A DNA stretch of 64,000 nt from Candidatus Bathyarchaeota archaeon (GCA_963811105.1 CAWEPZ010000002.1:416001-480000), one strand, 5' to 3'. Counted from the first letter of the stretch, positions 1 to 10,274 are shown. Program-made: numbers and translations. The notes: a model not told the origin generated them from the sequence alone.

Positions 1-517
1 CATCTCATTAACTGAGAAGATGAATAAGACAGGGTACTCGGCGTATCTGCTTAACCTTGGAAGTACACAACAAGAGATACCTAACAATGGCGTTACAAGT
101 ACCTCTTATCTTGCACAACTATTAAGCAAGCCAGAGGTCAAAGTTGGAGACTCAGTTGAGGTTCCCTTTCCCAGTGGCAATTCAAGCATTGGGATAACCG
201 GAGACTTAACGATGACTTTCAAAGGCATACAAGACCTTACGGTTCCCGCAGGAACATTCAAGGTATTTAGAATCGATATAACTAGTAACAGTCTAAAGAT
301 GAACTACAACTTGCCAATGGGCAGTTTAAGCAACTTTATACCAGCCAATATCACAATGAGCTTAGATATGAACTCTCAAATGTACATTGAATATGGAACA
401 ATGCGGCAGATAAAATCAAGTATGCAAGAAACGGTTTCGATGCAATCGGCAACACTGAACTACGGAATGAGTACGAATATGGACATGACGCTCGTAGAAC
501 ATATTGCACCTTCTTAG
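1..517 (+). CDS. hypothetical protein, 5'-partial (VPAGTF beta-rich motif)
   Basis: Frame is open from the window edge (ISLTEKMNK...); contains TVPAGTFKVFRI. Confidence 0.6.
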   Translation, partial: ISLTEKMNKTGYSAYLLNLGSTQQEIPNNGVTSTSYLAQLLSKPEVKVGDSVEVPFPSGNSSIGITGDLTMTFKGIQDLTVPAGTFKVFRIDITSNSLKMNYNLPMGSLSNFIPANITMSLDMNSQMYIEYGTMRQIKSSMQETVSMQSATLNYGMSTNMDMTLVEHIAPS

Positions 518-530
518 GAGATGGATTACA

Positions 531-1001
531 ATGGCGATAAGACTGTTTGATGCAACTCTAATCGGCTTAATCCTAATTTCCCTACTCTTTTTAGGGATGG
601 CATTTCTGCTCATTGATATTCCGATATTTAATGCTATTAACCCATTTTTAATACAAATGTCTGTTTTGGGCATGTTTTTAGGCTTGATATTTGGATTGAT
701 TGTTGGATATTGGTATACTAAACAACAACTAGGAATATTGGCAGAAAAGATTGAATTCAAAGGGCTTGGATTAAGAAAAATGTACTATGCATTGTTTTTG
801 GGTTTTGCAATATTTCTGGTTTACTCTTTTTTTGTGTTCTATTATCATTCAGTTGTTTTAGGTGATAGTTTAATTACCTTTGTTATTTCAGCTATTTTTA
901 CAGCTTATGTAATAAGATTAATTCTTGTGTCTTCATGGGAAAAGAGAGCAAAAAAAACTATAATTATGGCTCCAAACAAGTTATACACTGTTCCCAAATA
1001 A
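531..1001 (+). CDS. hypothetical 4-TM membrane protein
   Basis: Four hydrophobic segments; ATG at 531 with AGGAG upstream. Confidence 0.7.
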   Translation: MAIRLFDATLIGLILISLLFLGMAFLLIDIPIFNAINPFLIQMSVLGMFLGLIFGLIVGYWYTKQQLGILAEKIEFKGLGLRKMYYALFLGFAIFLVYSFFVFYYHSVVLGDSLITFVISAIFTAYVIRLILVSSWEKRAKKTIIMAPNKLYTVPK

Positions 1002-1016
1002 TCCTTGGATCTATTT

Positions 1017-1103
1017 GTGTGTGGGGAATTAGGCACTACATACGAGAGGAGCAGGAACCTTAGGCTGCTTAGTCAGGAACCCCGGGGCTTGCCCCGGGGA
1101 GTT
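1017..1103 (+). mobile_element. orphan IS200/IS605-type right end (tnpB omegaRNA-like remnant)
   Basis: TGTGGGGA...AGCAGGAA...AGGAA followed by hairpin CCCCGGGG-CTTG-CCCCGGGG (1080-1099) and AGT; typical layout of tnpB 3' ends; no tnpB ORF present. Confidence 0.55.
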
Positions 1104-1484
1104 CTATTTTCTATGGATCAATTGCGGTCTTCTTCGTTGATTATCTATAATTATTGATAATTTAATTTCCTCCACTTAGTTCAATCGGATTCAATGTGTT
1201 AAAGAAAAATGCTCTCAAAATGAAGTTCAATCGCCTTTAATATGGCTAAATTATATTTTTGCTGCATTATATTGTATGCTGCCGATGTTTTACCTGAGAC
1301 ATTTAAGGTAAAAACTTCTTTTTAAGCCAAATACCCGAAACAATCAGGTCATTTGTCAATGAAGTTGGTCCTAATCCTGATAGGGCTTGGATGTTTGAAT
1401 ATACTGGCGATCTAAAAACGGAATCACCGAAGGTTTAACCAAGTTGTACCAGAAAAATCCTGCAGTTCCTCTTGGAGTATTTAG

Positions 1485-1680
1485 GTGAATTTGACTTAAC
1501 ATGAGCTGCAGATTTTAAGGTTGAAGGTTGACGGACTTTCCGATTAAAAGATTGCTCGCAAGCTAAAGATGAAAACGCCCAAAATAACCCGTTATAAAAA
1601 GAATGCTCTAAAGAAGCCTTGAGCGGGCTATGGCTGATTTAGAATTTATCAATGGGCTCAAATTTCGGAGGTCGCCTCAA
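1485..1680 (+). pseudogene. decayed LuxR/sigma-like HTH protein
   Basis: Reads LT*HELQILRLKVDGLSD*KIARKLKM...KNALKK with internal stops and a frameshift. Confidence 0.45.
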
Positions 1681-2158
1681 TCTGCGATGAACAATCTTTC
1701 AAGGCTTTGTCTGTCAAATAAACATAAGAATTTGGCATTTAACAAGACATTATGAGTTTAACTCGAATTTTTGATGAGGGCTAAGGATAGAAGATATAGC
1801 CAACTTGGGAACATTCACAGATTGCACAGTAGTTAAGCCACAAAATCGCTGGTGGATGTTTGCCAGCGGATTTGACCAGACACATCTAAAAACACGCGTG
1901 TTTCTTGTAGTTTACCCATCCTGTTTGAACCATTGGTATATCTTAAACAACACCAACAACGCCAAATTACCAAATCCTACGCCTATAATTACGAATAACC
2001 CTGACCAGACAAAGTAATCGTACCCAGGCTTCCCAACAATTATAATAAAAATTCCAACAAACGCCAATGACGGAAGCAATAAGCATCATTACTTTTGGAT
2101 TCGCTTTTGACGTCTTACCTTTAGAGTAAATAATAAATGGCTACTTCTTTTTTATCGG

Positions 2159-2563
2159 TTATTCTTTTTCATTTATTGCCATTATTGAGAATTTTATTTG
2201 TTTAACTGGTTTGTTGGCTTTAAGCGCATCAATTAAGCGTCGGAGGCGCTCAGAAGAACCCTTGACCACCATGACTTCTAAGCAGCTTGTTTCAGACAGG
2301 TGAGAATGTAGGTATGCCGTTATCATGTCTTCAAACTCATGCTGTAATCGGAATAGTTCCTTATTCTCTTCAGCTTTTTCATATAGAACCGTTATTGTTG
2401 CAATAACGTTTCCCTTGATTTTGCCTAGTTTAATGTATTGTGTGAGGTACATACGTACTGCTTGCCGGACTACTTCTGATCGGTTGACGCCTCGATCTTC
2501 TCCGAGAATGGTATCTAGTTGTTCCAGTAATTCTTTAGGTAATGAAAGACTAATTATGCTCAC
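2159..2563 (-). CDS. nikR: NikR-like CopG/RHH metal-responsive regulator
   Basis: N-terminal IISLSLP..LL..LD..NRSEVVRQA RHH; C-terminal QHEF, HSH, CLEV metal-binding motifs. Confidence 0.85.
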   Translation of the reverse strand: MSIISLSLPKELLEQLDTILGEDRGVNRSEVVRQAVRMYLTQYIKLGKIKGNVIATITVLYEKAEENKELFRLQHEFEDMITAYLHSHLSETSCLEVMVVKGSSERLRRLIDALKANKPVKQIKFSIMAINEKE

Positions 2564-2694
2564 TAAACTTCACCTTAACTTTAGCTAATTTGTTTTGTTA
2601 GATGCTTGACTTAAATATTGTCTTCATTTCGCCTTAAAATCAAGAATTTGTCTACATAGTTTTGTGACTGTTTTGCAGGTAGCAAAATGCTTCA

Positions 2695-2724
2695 GTTATT
2701 AAAAAAAGTGCAAAATTTAATAAC
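2695..2724. promoter_or_regulatory. palindromic operator candidate for the NikR-like regulator
   Basis: Perfect inverted repeat GTTATTAAA-N12-TTTAATAAC between the divergent nikR and znuA-like genes. Confidence 0.55.
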
Positions 2725-2767
2725 ACTTAATAAATAGTGCTGCTATTTTAATAAAACTGAGATTTAG

Positions 2768-3706
2768 ATGCGAAAAATTACCTATTTAGCTATTGTGGCA
2801 TTAGTAATAGTACTTATTGCTGGAATAGTCATAGGTATATATCTGTTAAATCGTCCGGGAAATAGCTCAAGTTCTCAGTTAAAGATCCTTGCAACATTTT
2901 ATCCCCTTTATGATTTTGCCCAAAATGTGGGGGGCGATAAAGTAAATGTTTCAATACTTGTACCTGAAACAGTAGATGTACACGCTTTTGAACCAACGCC
3001 ATCTTCCATTGCAGAAGTATCAAGCGCAAACGTAATCATTTATAATGGAGCGGGATTAGAACCATGGATTCAAGACGTAATTGGTGCAGCTGAAAACACG
3101 AAACTTGTGCAAGTAGACTCAAGCCAAGGAATCAATCTCGTTCCAGTACCATCACAATTTCAAAGGGGTAACCAAACAATTGACCCTCACATCTGGCTTG
3201 ATCCCCTAAATGCAAAACAACAGGTCAACAATATCCTTCAAGGATTAATCAAAGCTGACCCAGCTGATAGCCAATATTTTACCCAAAATGCCCAAACCTA
3301 TGACGCTAAACTCGACAACTTGAACACTTTAGCCATCAATGCAACTACGAACACAGCGACGAAATACTTTGTAACCTTCCATGAAGCCTTCGCCTACTTC
3401 GCAAAGCAATATAACGTTACTCAACTTGCGATTTCAGGTCCATTCGAGGAAGAACCAACGCCCACTGATATCCAGAACGTAATTAGTGCAATTAACCAAT
3501 ATCACCTCAAATATGTCGGCTTTGAATCGCTTGAAAACCAAGCAATATCCCAGTCCATAGGTAGCCAAACAAACGCGACTCTCATCAACATGAACCCCAT
3601 CGAAGGACTAACAACAGAAGAAAAAGCTGCAGGAGACAACTACGTCACTCTTATGCAACAGGACATAAATAACATTCATTTGGCGTTGACAAATGTCGGA
3701 ACCTAA
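2768..3706 (+). CDS. znuA: ZnuA/TroA-family metal ABC transporter substrate-binding protein
   Basis: N-terminal TM anchor; HAFEPTP, YNGAGLEPW, DPHIWLDP, HEAFAYFA motifs. Confidence 0.92.
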   Translation: MRKITYLAIVALVIVLIAGIVIGIYLLNRPGNSSSSQLKILATFYPLYDFAQNVGGDKVNVSILVPETVDVHAFEPTPSSIAEVSSANVIIYNGAGLEPWIQDVIGAAENTKLVQVDSSQGINLVPVPSQFQRGNQTIDPHIWLDPLNAKQQVNNILQGLIKADPADSQYFTQNAQTYDAKLDNLNTLAINATTNTATKYFVTFHEAFAYFAKQYNVTQLAISGPFEEEPTPTDIQNVISAINQYHLKYVGFESLENQAISQSIGSQTNATLINMNPIEGLTTEEKAAGDNYVTLMQQDINNIHLALTNVGT

Positions 3707-4454
3707 ACCAATCGTCGAAATACGCGATCTCAGCGTTAAGTATCCAAACGGAGTCATGGCTCTCGAAGGCATCAACTTGGACGTAAAACCAAAAGATCTC
3801 ATTGCGCTGATAGGACCCAATGGCGCTGGAAAATCAACGCTCCTAAAAGTTATTCTCGGCTTGACAAAAGCAACAAGCGGCACAATCAAGCTTTTTGGGA
3901 ACTCGGACTTGGGTAAAAATCTCAAGTATGTCGGTTATGTGCCTCAAAGTGCTCAAGCAAGGGATCCAAACTTGCCCTTTAGCGTATATGAGACAGTCAT
4001 GCTTGGAAGAACTCCAGTCGCCGGGCTATTTCACGGGATGAAGGATGAGGACAGGCAGAAGGTTGAGGAAACGCTCAAACTCTTTGGTATTTATGAGCTC
4101 AAAGATAGAAAAATAGGTCAACTCTCCGGTGGGCAGTCTCAACGTGTTTTTTTGGCTAAAGCCATGGTTGCCGAACCTAAGCTGCTCTTGCTTGATGAGC
4201 CGACAAGCGGAGTGGATACTACTTCAAAAAAGGAGTTCTATAACGTTCTTGACCGATTAAACAAGGAGCGGGGAATAACTGTAATTTTATCCTCGCATGA
4301 TATAGGCGTTATAACAAAGATAGCCAATAGAGTTCTTTGCGTAAACAGGTCACAGTTCTTCTGCGGCGAAAATGAAGATTTTGCAGCCGACATTGAGATT
4401 CATAAAGTGTATGATCACCCAGTGGAGCTTATGGAACATGATGATCATCCTTGA
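3693..4454 (+). CDS. znuC: metal ABC transporter ATP-binding protein
   Basis: Walker A GPNGAGKST, signature LSGGQSQR, Walker B LLLLDEP, H-loop SSHD. Confidence 0.92.
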   Translation: MSEPKPIVEIRDLSVKYPNGVMALEGINLDVKPKDLIALIGPNGAGKSTLLKVILGLTKATSGTIKLFGNSDLGKNLKYVGYVPQSAQARDPNLPFSVYETVMLGRTPVAGLFHGMKDEDRQKVEETLKLFGIYELKDRKIGQLSGGQSQRVFLAKAMVAEPKLLLLDEPTSGVDTTSKKEFYNVLDRLNKERGITVILSSHDIGVITKIANRVLCVNRSQFFCGENEDFAADIEIHKVYDHPVELMEHDDHP

Positions 4455-5274
4455 TGTTCTTTCTTTGCTTCAAGCGCCTTTTATTCAACGTGCGTTCATC
4501 ATAAGTATAATTATCGCTGTTCTCAGCTCTATTCTCAGCATTTTTATTGTTTTAAAGAAAATTTCGCTCATAGGCGATGGATTATCTCATACGGCATTTG
4601 GAGGCTTAGCTCTCGGCTACTACCTTAGTGTTTTTCCTTTATGGATAGCTGGAATTACCGTTGTTTTAGGTTCGATAGGAATTAACAAAGCGCTGCGTTC
4701 AACCAAGATTTCTGGTGACGCAGCTGTGGCAGTTTTTCTTCAGTTGGGTCTTGCAGGAGGCATAACTTTGTTGAGCCTTTCAAGGGGTTTTGGTGTTAAT
4801 CTTGAGAGCTTGCTTTTCGGAAGTATTCTGATAGTAAACATGGACCAAATTATAACAGCTGCGGTTGTTGCAGCAATAGCCCTGAGCATAATTTTCATAT
4901 TCTTCAAGGAAATGGTTTACATAACTTTTGATGAAACACAAGCCCGAGCTTCGGGAATCAAAACATGGGTTTTTGACTATCTCTTAAGCATTCTAGCTGG
5001 AGTTGTCGTAATTATTGCCATACCTATAGTTGGTGTACTCTTAATTTCAGCACTCCTTGTTTTGCCCGCATTAATAAGCACTCAAGTTACAAAATCATTT
5101 AGACAAACTGTGATACTATCGCCAATAATTGGCCTAATCACTGTAATATTCGGTATACTGGCATCAGTCATTTTGGACGCAGCGCCTGGAGGAACAATTG
5201 TTCTAGTTGGTTTAGCGATTCTTGCAATAGTTTTTGCGGGAAAAAGAATCCAAGGCCTTGTAACAAAATACTAG
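4438..5274 (+). CDS. znuB: metal ABC transporter permease (ABC-3 family)
   Basis: IGDGLSHTAFGG, LFGSIL, VGVLLISALLVLPA motifs; multi-TM; start placed at ATG 4438. Confidence 0.9.
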   Translation: MMIILDVLSLLQAPFIQRAFIISIIIAVLSSILSIFIVLKKISLIGDGLSHTAFGGLALGYYLSVFPLWIAGITVVLGSIGINKALRSTKISGDAAVAVFLQLGLAGGITLLSLSRGFGVNLESLLFGSILIVNMDQIITAAVVAAIALSIIFIFFKEMVYITFDETQARASGIKTWVFDYLLSILAGVVVIIAIPIVGVLLISALLVLPALISTQVTKSFRQTVILSPIIGLITVIFGILASVILDAAPGGTIVLVGLAILAIVFAGKRIQGLVTKY

Positions 5275-5860
5275 AGGAAGATAAGTTAATTTTAAATCTA
5301 AAAGCGAAGGCAAAAAAAAAACAAACACAAAATTTTAGAGCCCAAATTAGCGCACTAATAGATCTTTTTTTGAGGTTGATTCTAAAGTAATGCTTCCTTT
5401 GATTGATTGGCTTGTTTTTAGTTGTGTTTATTGATTTACTTATTATTCATTGTTTTTTTGGGTAAAGTAGCTTCTTGACGCCTGTTTTCAGATTGTAAGC
5501 CGTACTTAGTCTCTTGGTTGGAAGTTGAAGCATTGAAAACTGTTAGTTTAGAGGGGCTGTTAGAAAAATTTTCTAAGCGTGTTTCTAAGTTGCCAAGCAT
5601 GTTTCAAGAGGTTTTTTTGAAGATTTGGAAACGGCAATTCAGCATCGCTTGATTCTCGATACAGTCTTTTGGGAAAACACGAATTTAGAATCTAGCGAAC
5701 TGAGAAGCAATTTAGCTTGTTTTCTAGAGGAAAAGAGCTCTATTTTTACGCGTTACAAATTAAATCAAGTTTCATTTTCACTCATCCCTCTACTGCCACG
5801 CACTGCAGTATCTTCACTCACTTTTTAAGCGTTTAAGAAATATGAATGAGCCTCAAGTGA

Positions 5861-6094
5861 TTGCATTTGAAAAATAAAACCGCAGGACTACCCGAAGAGG
5901 AAGATCTCTTAGTAGATTTAACGTTTCATGAAGTTCCAGCCTCGATTTTAACCGAGTTTGTGGAAAAAATCGTTAGACCCTGCTATAAAGGCAACTTGAA
6001 TGTTGCTATCCAAGATCTAATTTATAGAGCCATAACCGAACGAGATTTCGTCCTATCCCATGTTACTTATGTTCAGAATTCTGTGAAGGCTTAG
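5861..6094 (+). CDS. hypothetical protein
   Basis: 77-aa ORF at the head of a co-oriented run of small genes. Confidence 0.5.
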   Translation: MHLKNKTAGLPEEEDLLVDLTFHEVPASILTEFVEKIVRPCYKGNLNVAIQDLIYRAITERDFVLSHVTYVQNSVKA

Positions 6095-6099
6095 TTGAG

Positions 6100-6410
6100 T
6101 TGGGTAAGACTGTTCCTTCGTATCGTATGGCTTTGGAGTTTGAGATTCATATAGGTGGAAAGGCTTTAGAAATGCTTTGCCAAGCGAGGAAGCACGAGTT
6201 GCCTTTGATGAGTTGATGGATATGTGTAGGTATAATGGGACGGCAAGTGGGGCAGCGTGTAACCTGATAATCTTTGAGCCTATGGTGATGTCGATTCTGT
6301 TAGGTCAGCAAAAGATGTTGCGGGAACTCGAGTACAAGCTAAACGATGTAATTTGGCAAAAAATATGTGCTCAACCTCAAACGGAGACTTCACAGAACCC
6401 GTTCGATTAA
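6100..6410 (+). pseudogene. MGKTVPSYR-type small archaeal protein (family often found next to PolB2), frameshifted
   Basis: TTG 6100 gives MGKTVPSYRMALEFEIH; a frameshift near 6150 joins it to RWKGFRNALPSEEARVAFDELMDMCR (ORF 6177-6410). Confidence 0.55.
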
Positions 6411-6533
6411 ATAGGTTTGTGCCTTTTTTTTGACAGTTTTTTGTTGGTGTATTAGGGCTAGTATCGTTAATGCAATATTAAGACATAAAAGCAATTAGTA
6501 TACTACACGATTGGTGTACTGGGTTGACTGCTT

Positions 6534-7001
6534 TTGAGTAAGCAAGATTTTAAGCTTTTGGAGGATGTTAAGCCAGGTGATCTCATTTCTGTTGATTGGT
6601 GTGATGCATCTACTGGGAAAAGTAGTATTAACGGTGGTGCTGTTGATGTTCCGGTGCAGAGCTGGGGTATTTTTCTTGGAGTAATAGCAGGCTGTGTTCA
6701 ACACATCATTTTGGCCCTGAATAGTTTCTCTTTCACTGATACCGTCTTTGACCTAGATTACACCTCTATCCCAGTAGGGTGGACAGTAGGAGTAAAAGTT
6801 CTAGTTCCCGCAAACGTAAACAGAGAAATTGTAGACTGCATGATTCACAGCTCCGCCAAAAGCAATTCAGGACAGTCTCGCTCAAGCATAATCTTATCCA
6901 ATCTCTTAAGCCCACGCTCACCACGGATATTCATGTATCATCGAATGCAGAGAGTGAGGATGAGGATGCCTTGGCAGAAAATCTTATTAAGCGTGCCCTG
7001 A
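6534..7001 (+). CDS. hypothetical protein of a provirus-like module
   Basis: PGDLISVDWCDASTGKS...VDVPVQSWGIF; first gene of the module partly repeated at 43.5 kb. Confidence 0.55.
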   Translation: MSKQDFKLLEDVKPGDLISVDWCDASTGKSSINGGAVDVPVQSWGIFLGVIAGCVQHIILALNSFSFTDTVFDLDYTSIPVGWTVGVKVLVPANVNREIVDCMIHSSAKSNSGQSRSSIILSNLLSPRSPRIFMYHRMQRVRMRMPWQKILLSVP

Positions 7002-7220
7002 CTCGACGCCTACAAATCGGTGGCCGCGCAACACCTGAAGTTGAATTGCCATGAACGCCTAGTTCTGGGCGTGGAATTTGCGATTGCAAAGACCGTTTGC
7101 CTCTCGTTTCTGGAGGTTGCTCGTATGGCTTTTTTGGGCAGTTGGAATAGTAAAGTTTTCGCAGCTATCTCAGGCCTAAATGGAATTATTATCGGGCTAT
7201 TTGTGGAGAAAAAAAATTGA
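6975..7220 (+). pseudogene. small 2-TM protein of the provirus-like module (frameshifted)
   Basis: LIKRALTRR...PEVELP joined across a frameshift to LVLGVEFAIAKTVCLSFLEV...WNSKVFAAISGL. Confidence 0.45.
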
Positions 7221-7553
7221 TGTTTACCGGGTGGAATCAAGCTTAATGGCGAGGGGCAAACCTTGGAGTGTTGAAGATGAAAGGCAACTTCGACAGCTCT
7301 TAACAGAAAAAAGTCTATGCGTTCAATTGCAAAGGTCCTGGGCAAAAGCCTTACCTCTGTATAAATGAAAACATCTCGCTTAGGCTTAGTAGTTGTTGAT
7401 GAGAGTGAAAAAAACACGCCATCAACAACTACCTTTGATAAGTTAGTTTTGCCAGCTGAGTTGCCTTCAATTGAGGAAGGACTCAAGACTTTAGCTGGAG
7501 CCTTGAAAGTGCTTGAAACGCAGAATTTGGATAAGACGGATGTTTTGCGTTTA
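7142..7553 (+). repeat. dispersed direct repeat copy 1 (paralog at 43521-43984)
   Basis: Long near-identical stretch including atgaaaacatctcgcttaggcttagtagttgttgatgagagtgaaaaaaacacgccatcaacaactacctttgataagtta. Confidence 0.9.
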
Positions 7554-7697
7554 CACAACATCATCCAGAGCGTGAAGGTGTACCAGGAGCTCATAGCGCA
7601 ATACGTCGATTATAGGGGCCTTGAGGCTGAATTGTTAGAATGGAGGGAGAAGTATGCGGATCTCACAAAAGAATCCGCGAACCCTCCGGCCAAATAA
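7246..7697 (+). pseudogene. HTH-containing protein (MARGKPWSVEDERQL), broken; possible terminase small subunit-like
   Basis: Frameshift near 7310 and stop at 7362 relative to the paralog at 43675. Confidence 0.55.
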
Positions 7698-8030
7698 ATT
7701 CATTGATACCCGAGACTTAACTCGCCAGGATATTGCCTCTTTACAGACGGATAGAACGCTGATTCACTATTTGACACTATAGCAGTATCCCTAGCAGTAT
7801 TATAATGATGCCGATGACAACAACGATGAGCCCTATCTTCAAGATGGCCTTAATGATTTTTATGCCAACGAAGATTCCTACAACTAGCAACAGAAATCCA
7901 AGCAAAAGCAATAACAAATTCATTCATATCGCCTAAAAAAATTAATCTGTGATCACATTTAAGTGTATATGCTGTGTCTGAATTGATAAGCATCCATGGA
8001 TTCTTATCCAAAGTATTTGGGTTCGTGCTG

Positions 8031-8084
8031 TGAAGCTGAGGATGGGAATTGAACCCATAACACGCTGGCGACATCGCCAATTCT
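8031..8084 (-). repeat. tRNA 3'-half-like remnant (repeat family motif A)
   Basis: Minus strand reads TGGCGATGTCGCCA hairpin, then ATGGG-TTCAATT-CCCAT T-arm, then CCTCAGC-T acceptor-like strand. Confidence 0.55.
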
Positions 8085-8261
8085 TAATATTCTACGCAGT
8101 CTTTTTCTCTTTTTTGAAACTCTTCTGGATAATGGCAGATCCCAGCTAAGTTGTTCTATAGCTTTAGGTGGCAATCGGTGGCTGACTTGGGACTTTTCTG
8201 TATTCCCTTTTTTACAAAAATTTTTAAGAAACGCCCGCGGCATAAAAGGTGTGGAGTTCGA

Positions 8262-8678
8262 ATGGTTGAGTATTACCAATTACCTTTGCCATCCAGAATT
8301 CCAAAATCGATAATTATATTAGTGGTTTTACTGGTCATCGCAGCAGTAGTGGCTATTCTGCTTTCTCCTTTTCTATCACATGGTCCTGCTGGAAGCCTAT
8401 TTATAACTTTAACTTTGGGGATTTTAACCCTAATTTCCTATATCATCGTCCGCAGCACAGGCCTCAAAGACCAACGCTCTCCAAGACAAAAACGGGTAAC
8501 TACTCTTCTATGCTCTGGTTTTGCGAGCTTTTTTAGCTATGCCGCTTTATCTGTTGTCTTGATGGGTCACCCTATGCATTTTCCGTCTAATCTGCCGCTA
8601 TTGTTAGCCGTAGTCTTAGGTGCTGCCTTAACTGCGTTGATTGCAGACAGTGCTTCAAAGAAGATTGGCTTGTACTAA
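8262..8678 (+). CDS. hypothetical 4-TM membrane protein
   Basis: Hydrophobic helices; likely start MVEYYQ inside ORF 8151-8678. Confidence 0.65.
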   Translation: MVEYYQLPLPSRIPKSIIILVVLLVIAAVVAILLSPFLSHGPAGSLFITLTLGILTLISYIIVRSTGLKDQRSPRQKRVTTLLCSGFASFFSYAALSVVLMGHPMHFPSNLPLLLAVVLGAALTALIADSASKKIGLY

Positions 8679-9235
8679 CTGACGCATAGTCAAGCCTAAA
8701 TGTAACAATAACAAACCAAAGCATACGATAATGGAGCCTCATTATAGGGGTGATTAAAACCGCTTATCTTCTTTTCTCTGCGTTTGAGCAGCCCTATGAT
8801 TGTCGCCCTGTAATGCCCTTTTATGCTAATTTTCATTTTTTAGTTGTCGTTTGGTGATCACAGGAACCAAGTGTTGCGTTGGCTTACCGTTGTCAGCGAC
8901 TGGAATCATTATAACGGGGTTTAAGCTAGATTTGTATATTATCAGCAATATACAGTAATGGCGCTAACTATTTATCAAGAATACCGAGATTTGAAAATCA
9001 TGAGCTCCACCAAGGGGATTTACTCTTTCTCCATTTAAGAAAATATGTAAGGAATAACGAGTGACTAAAATGCTGTTCTGTTTCACCCCCTTCAACCAAA
9101 AGTTGGGAGTGCGGTTTTCAAAGTTGACACATAAAAGCGGTAGAAACGAGGTGCTAAATCAGAAGAGATTCGCAGCCAATGGGCAGGCCCAACTTTTGGC
9201 GATATAGCCACAGGTTGGGGATGTATCCAAAAGAG

Positions 9236-9420
9236 CTGGGATGGGCTTTTGAGTTGAAGTACGATTCCCTACCCCGTTTAGACTTCAAGGAAGTGTTTTT
9301 CATGGCAATTACCGATCCTCCAGTAGCTTGACTGGCTTATAAAATTGAGCATCACCCGCCACCTTGGGATTGGATTCGAACCCTCTGAGTAGGGAGATGT
9401 CACTCGCATTCCCCATTTTT
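9236..9420. repeat. intergenic repeat family unit (motifs B-C-A)
   Basis: B: TTGAAGT(9254)..ACTTCAA(9288) hairpin; C: GATCCTCCAGTA..TGAGCATC (9314-9353); A: GGATTCGAACCC..GGAGATGTCACTCGCA (9372-9408). Confidence 0.75.
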
Positions 9421-9596
9421 TCCATTTTTCAGTTCGAATTTTGTGCATAGAGGTAAGACTGGGTTGAGAGATGAGTTTAAATTGTGGCGGTTTGATAGCG
9501 AGTCAAGCGAGGTCATTTTCTTGTTACTGCAATGCGACACCAACATTATCTTATTACGTTTAGATACGACTAAACAGGCAAGAGGAGAGAAGTTGT

Positions 9597-10274
9597 TTGC
9601 GAAGTCAAGTTGATTTGTATACAAACATCCACAAGGGTCAGCGTGTTAGGTTCTTCATGATTAGCAAATTAGCTGGAAGCCTGAATGCAAATGATCAAAA
9701 TGCCCTTATTGCACTCGAAAATGAACTCGTATCATTCCAAGAACATATGTATCTCCACGCAGGACACGAAGAGAAGGTAGTTCATCCTTTGCTTTCCCAA
9801 AGAGTCCCAGGAGGGGCAAACAGATTAAATGAGGATCACCGCATTATGCGCAGACAATTCGAAGAACTTGTAGCGTGCTTTGCAGAAATAAAGGAAAAGC
9901 CAACAGATTTTGAAAAACGTGAAGAGCAATGCCTGGAGTTCTACCTCGCTTGGAACAGGTTCCTATCTTTCTACTTCGATCATATAAACTATGAAGAAGA
10001 ATACGTTATGCCAACACTATGGAAACTCTGCACTTCCGATGAGTTGGCCGACACGTTCAGGAAAGTCCTGGCGGATCAAACACCAAAAGAGCTTATAGAT
10101 AGCTACGGGATGATGCTTCCAGCCACCAGTCCAGCAGAGAGAGTTATGATTCTCAAACGGGGTCAAGCGACAATGCCTCCAGAAGTTTTCCAGGGAACTC
10201 TAAAAGTTGCAGAACATGTCCTGACTCCCGATGAATGGGTTTCAGTAAAGAAGATACTAAAACTCGAAGCCTAA
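9597..10274 (+). CDS. hemerythrin-domain protein
   Basis: H, HxxxEE (HAGHEE), EDH and HINYEE metal ligand pattern. Confidence 0.85.
   Translation: MRSQVDLYTNIHKGQRVRFFMISKLAGSLNANDQNALIALENELVSFQEHMYLHAGHEEKVVHPLLSQRVPGGANRLNEDHRIMRRQFEELVACFAEIKEKPTDFEKREEQCLEFYLAWNRFLSFYFDHINYEEEYVMPTLWKLCTSDELADTFRKVLADQTPKELIDSYGMMLPATSPAERVMILKRGQATMPPEVFQGTLKVAEHVLTPDEWVSVKKILKLEA

Noticed and set aside
7010-7594. 194-aa minus-strand ORF and its twin at 43515-44051
   Set aside because: Antisense shadows of the HTH gene; their similarity only reflects the DNA repeat
8031-8084. Functional tRNA gene on the minus strand
   Set aside because: Only a T-arm and 3' acceptor-like strand are present; no D arm, anticodon arm or 5' acceptor strand
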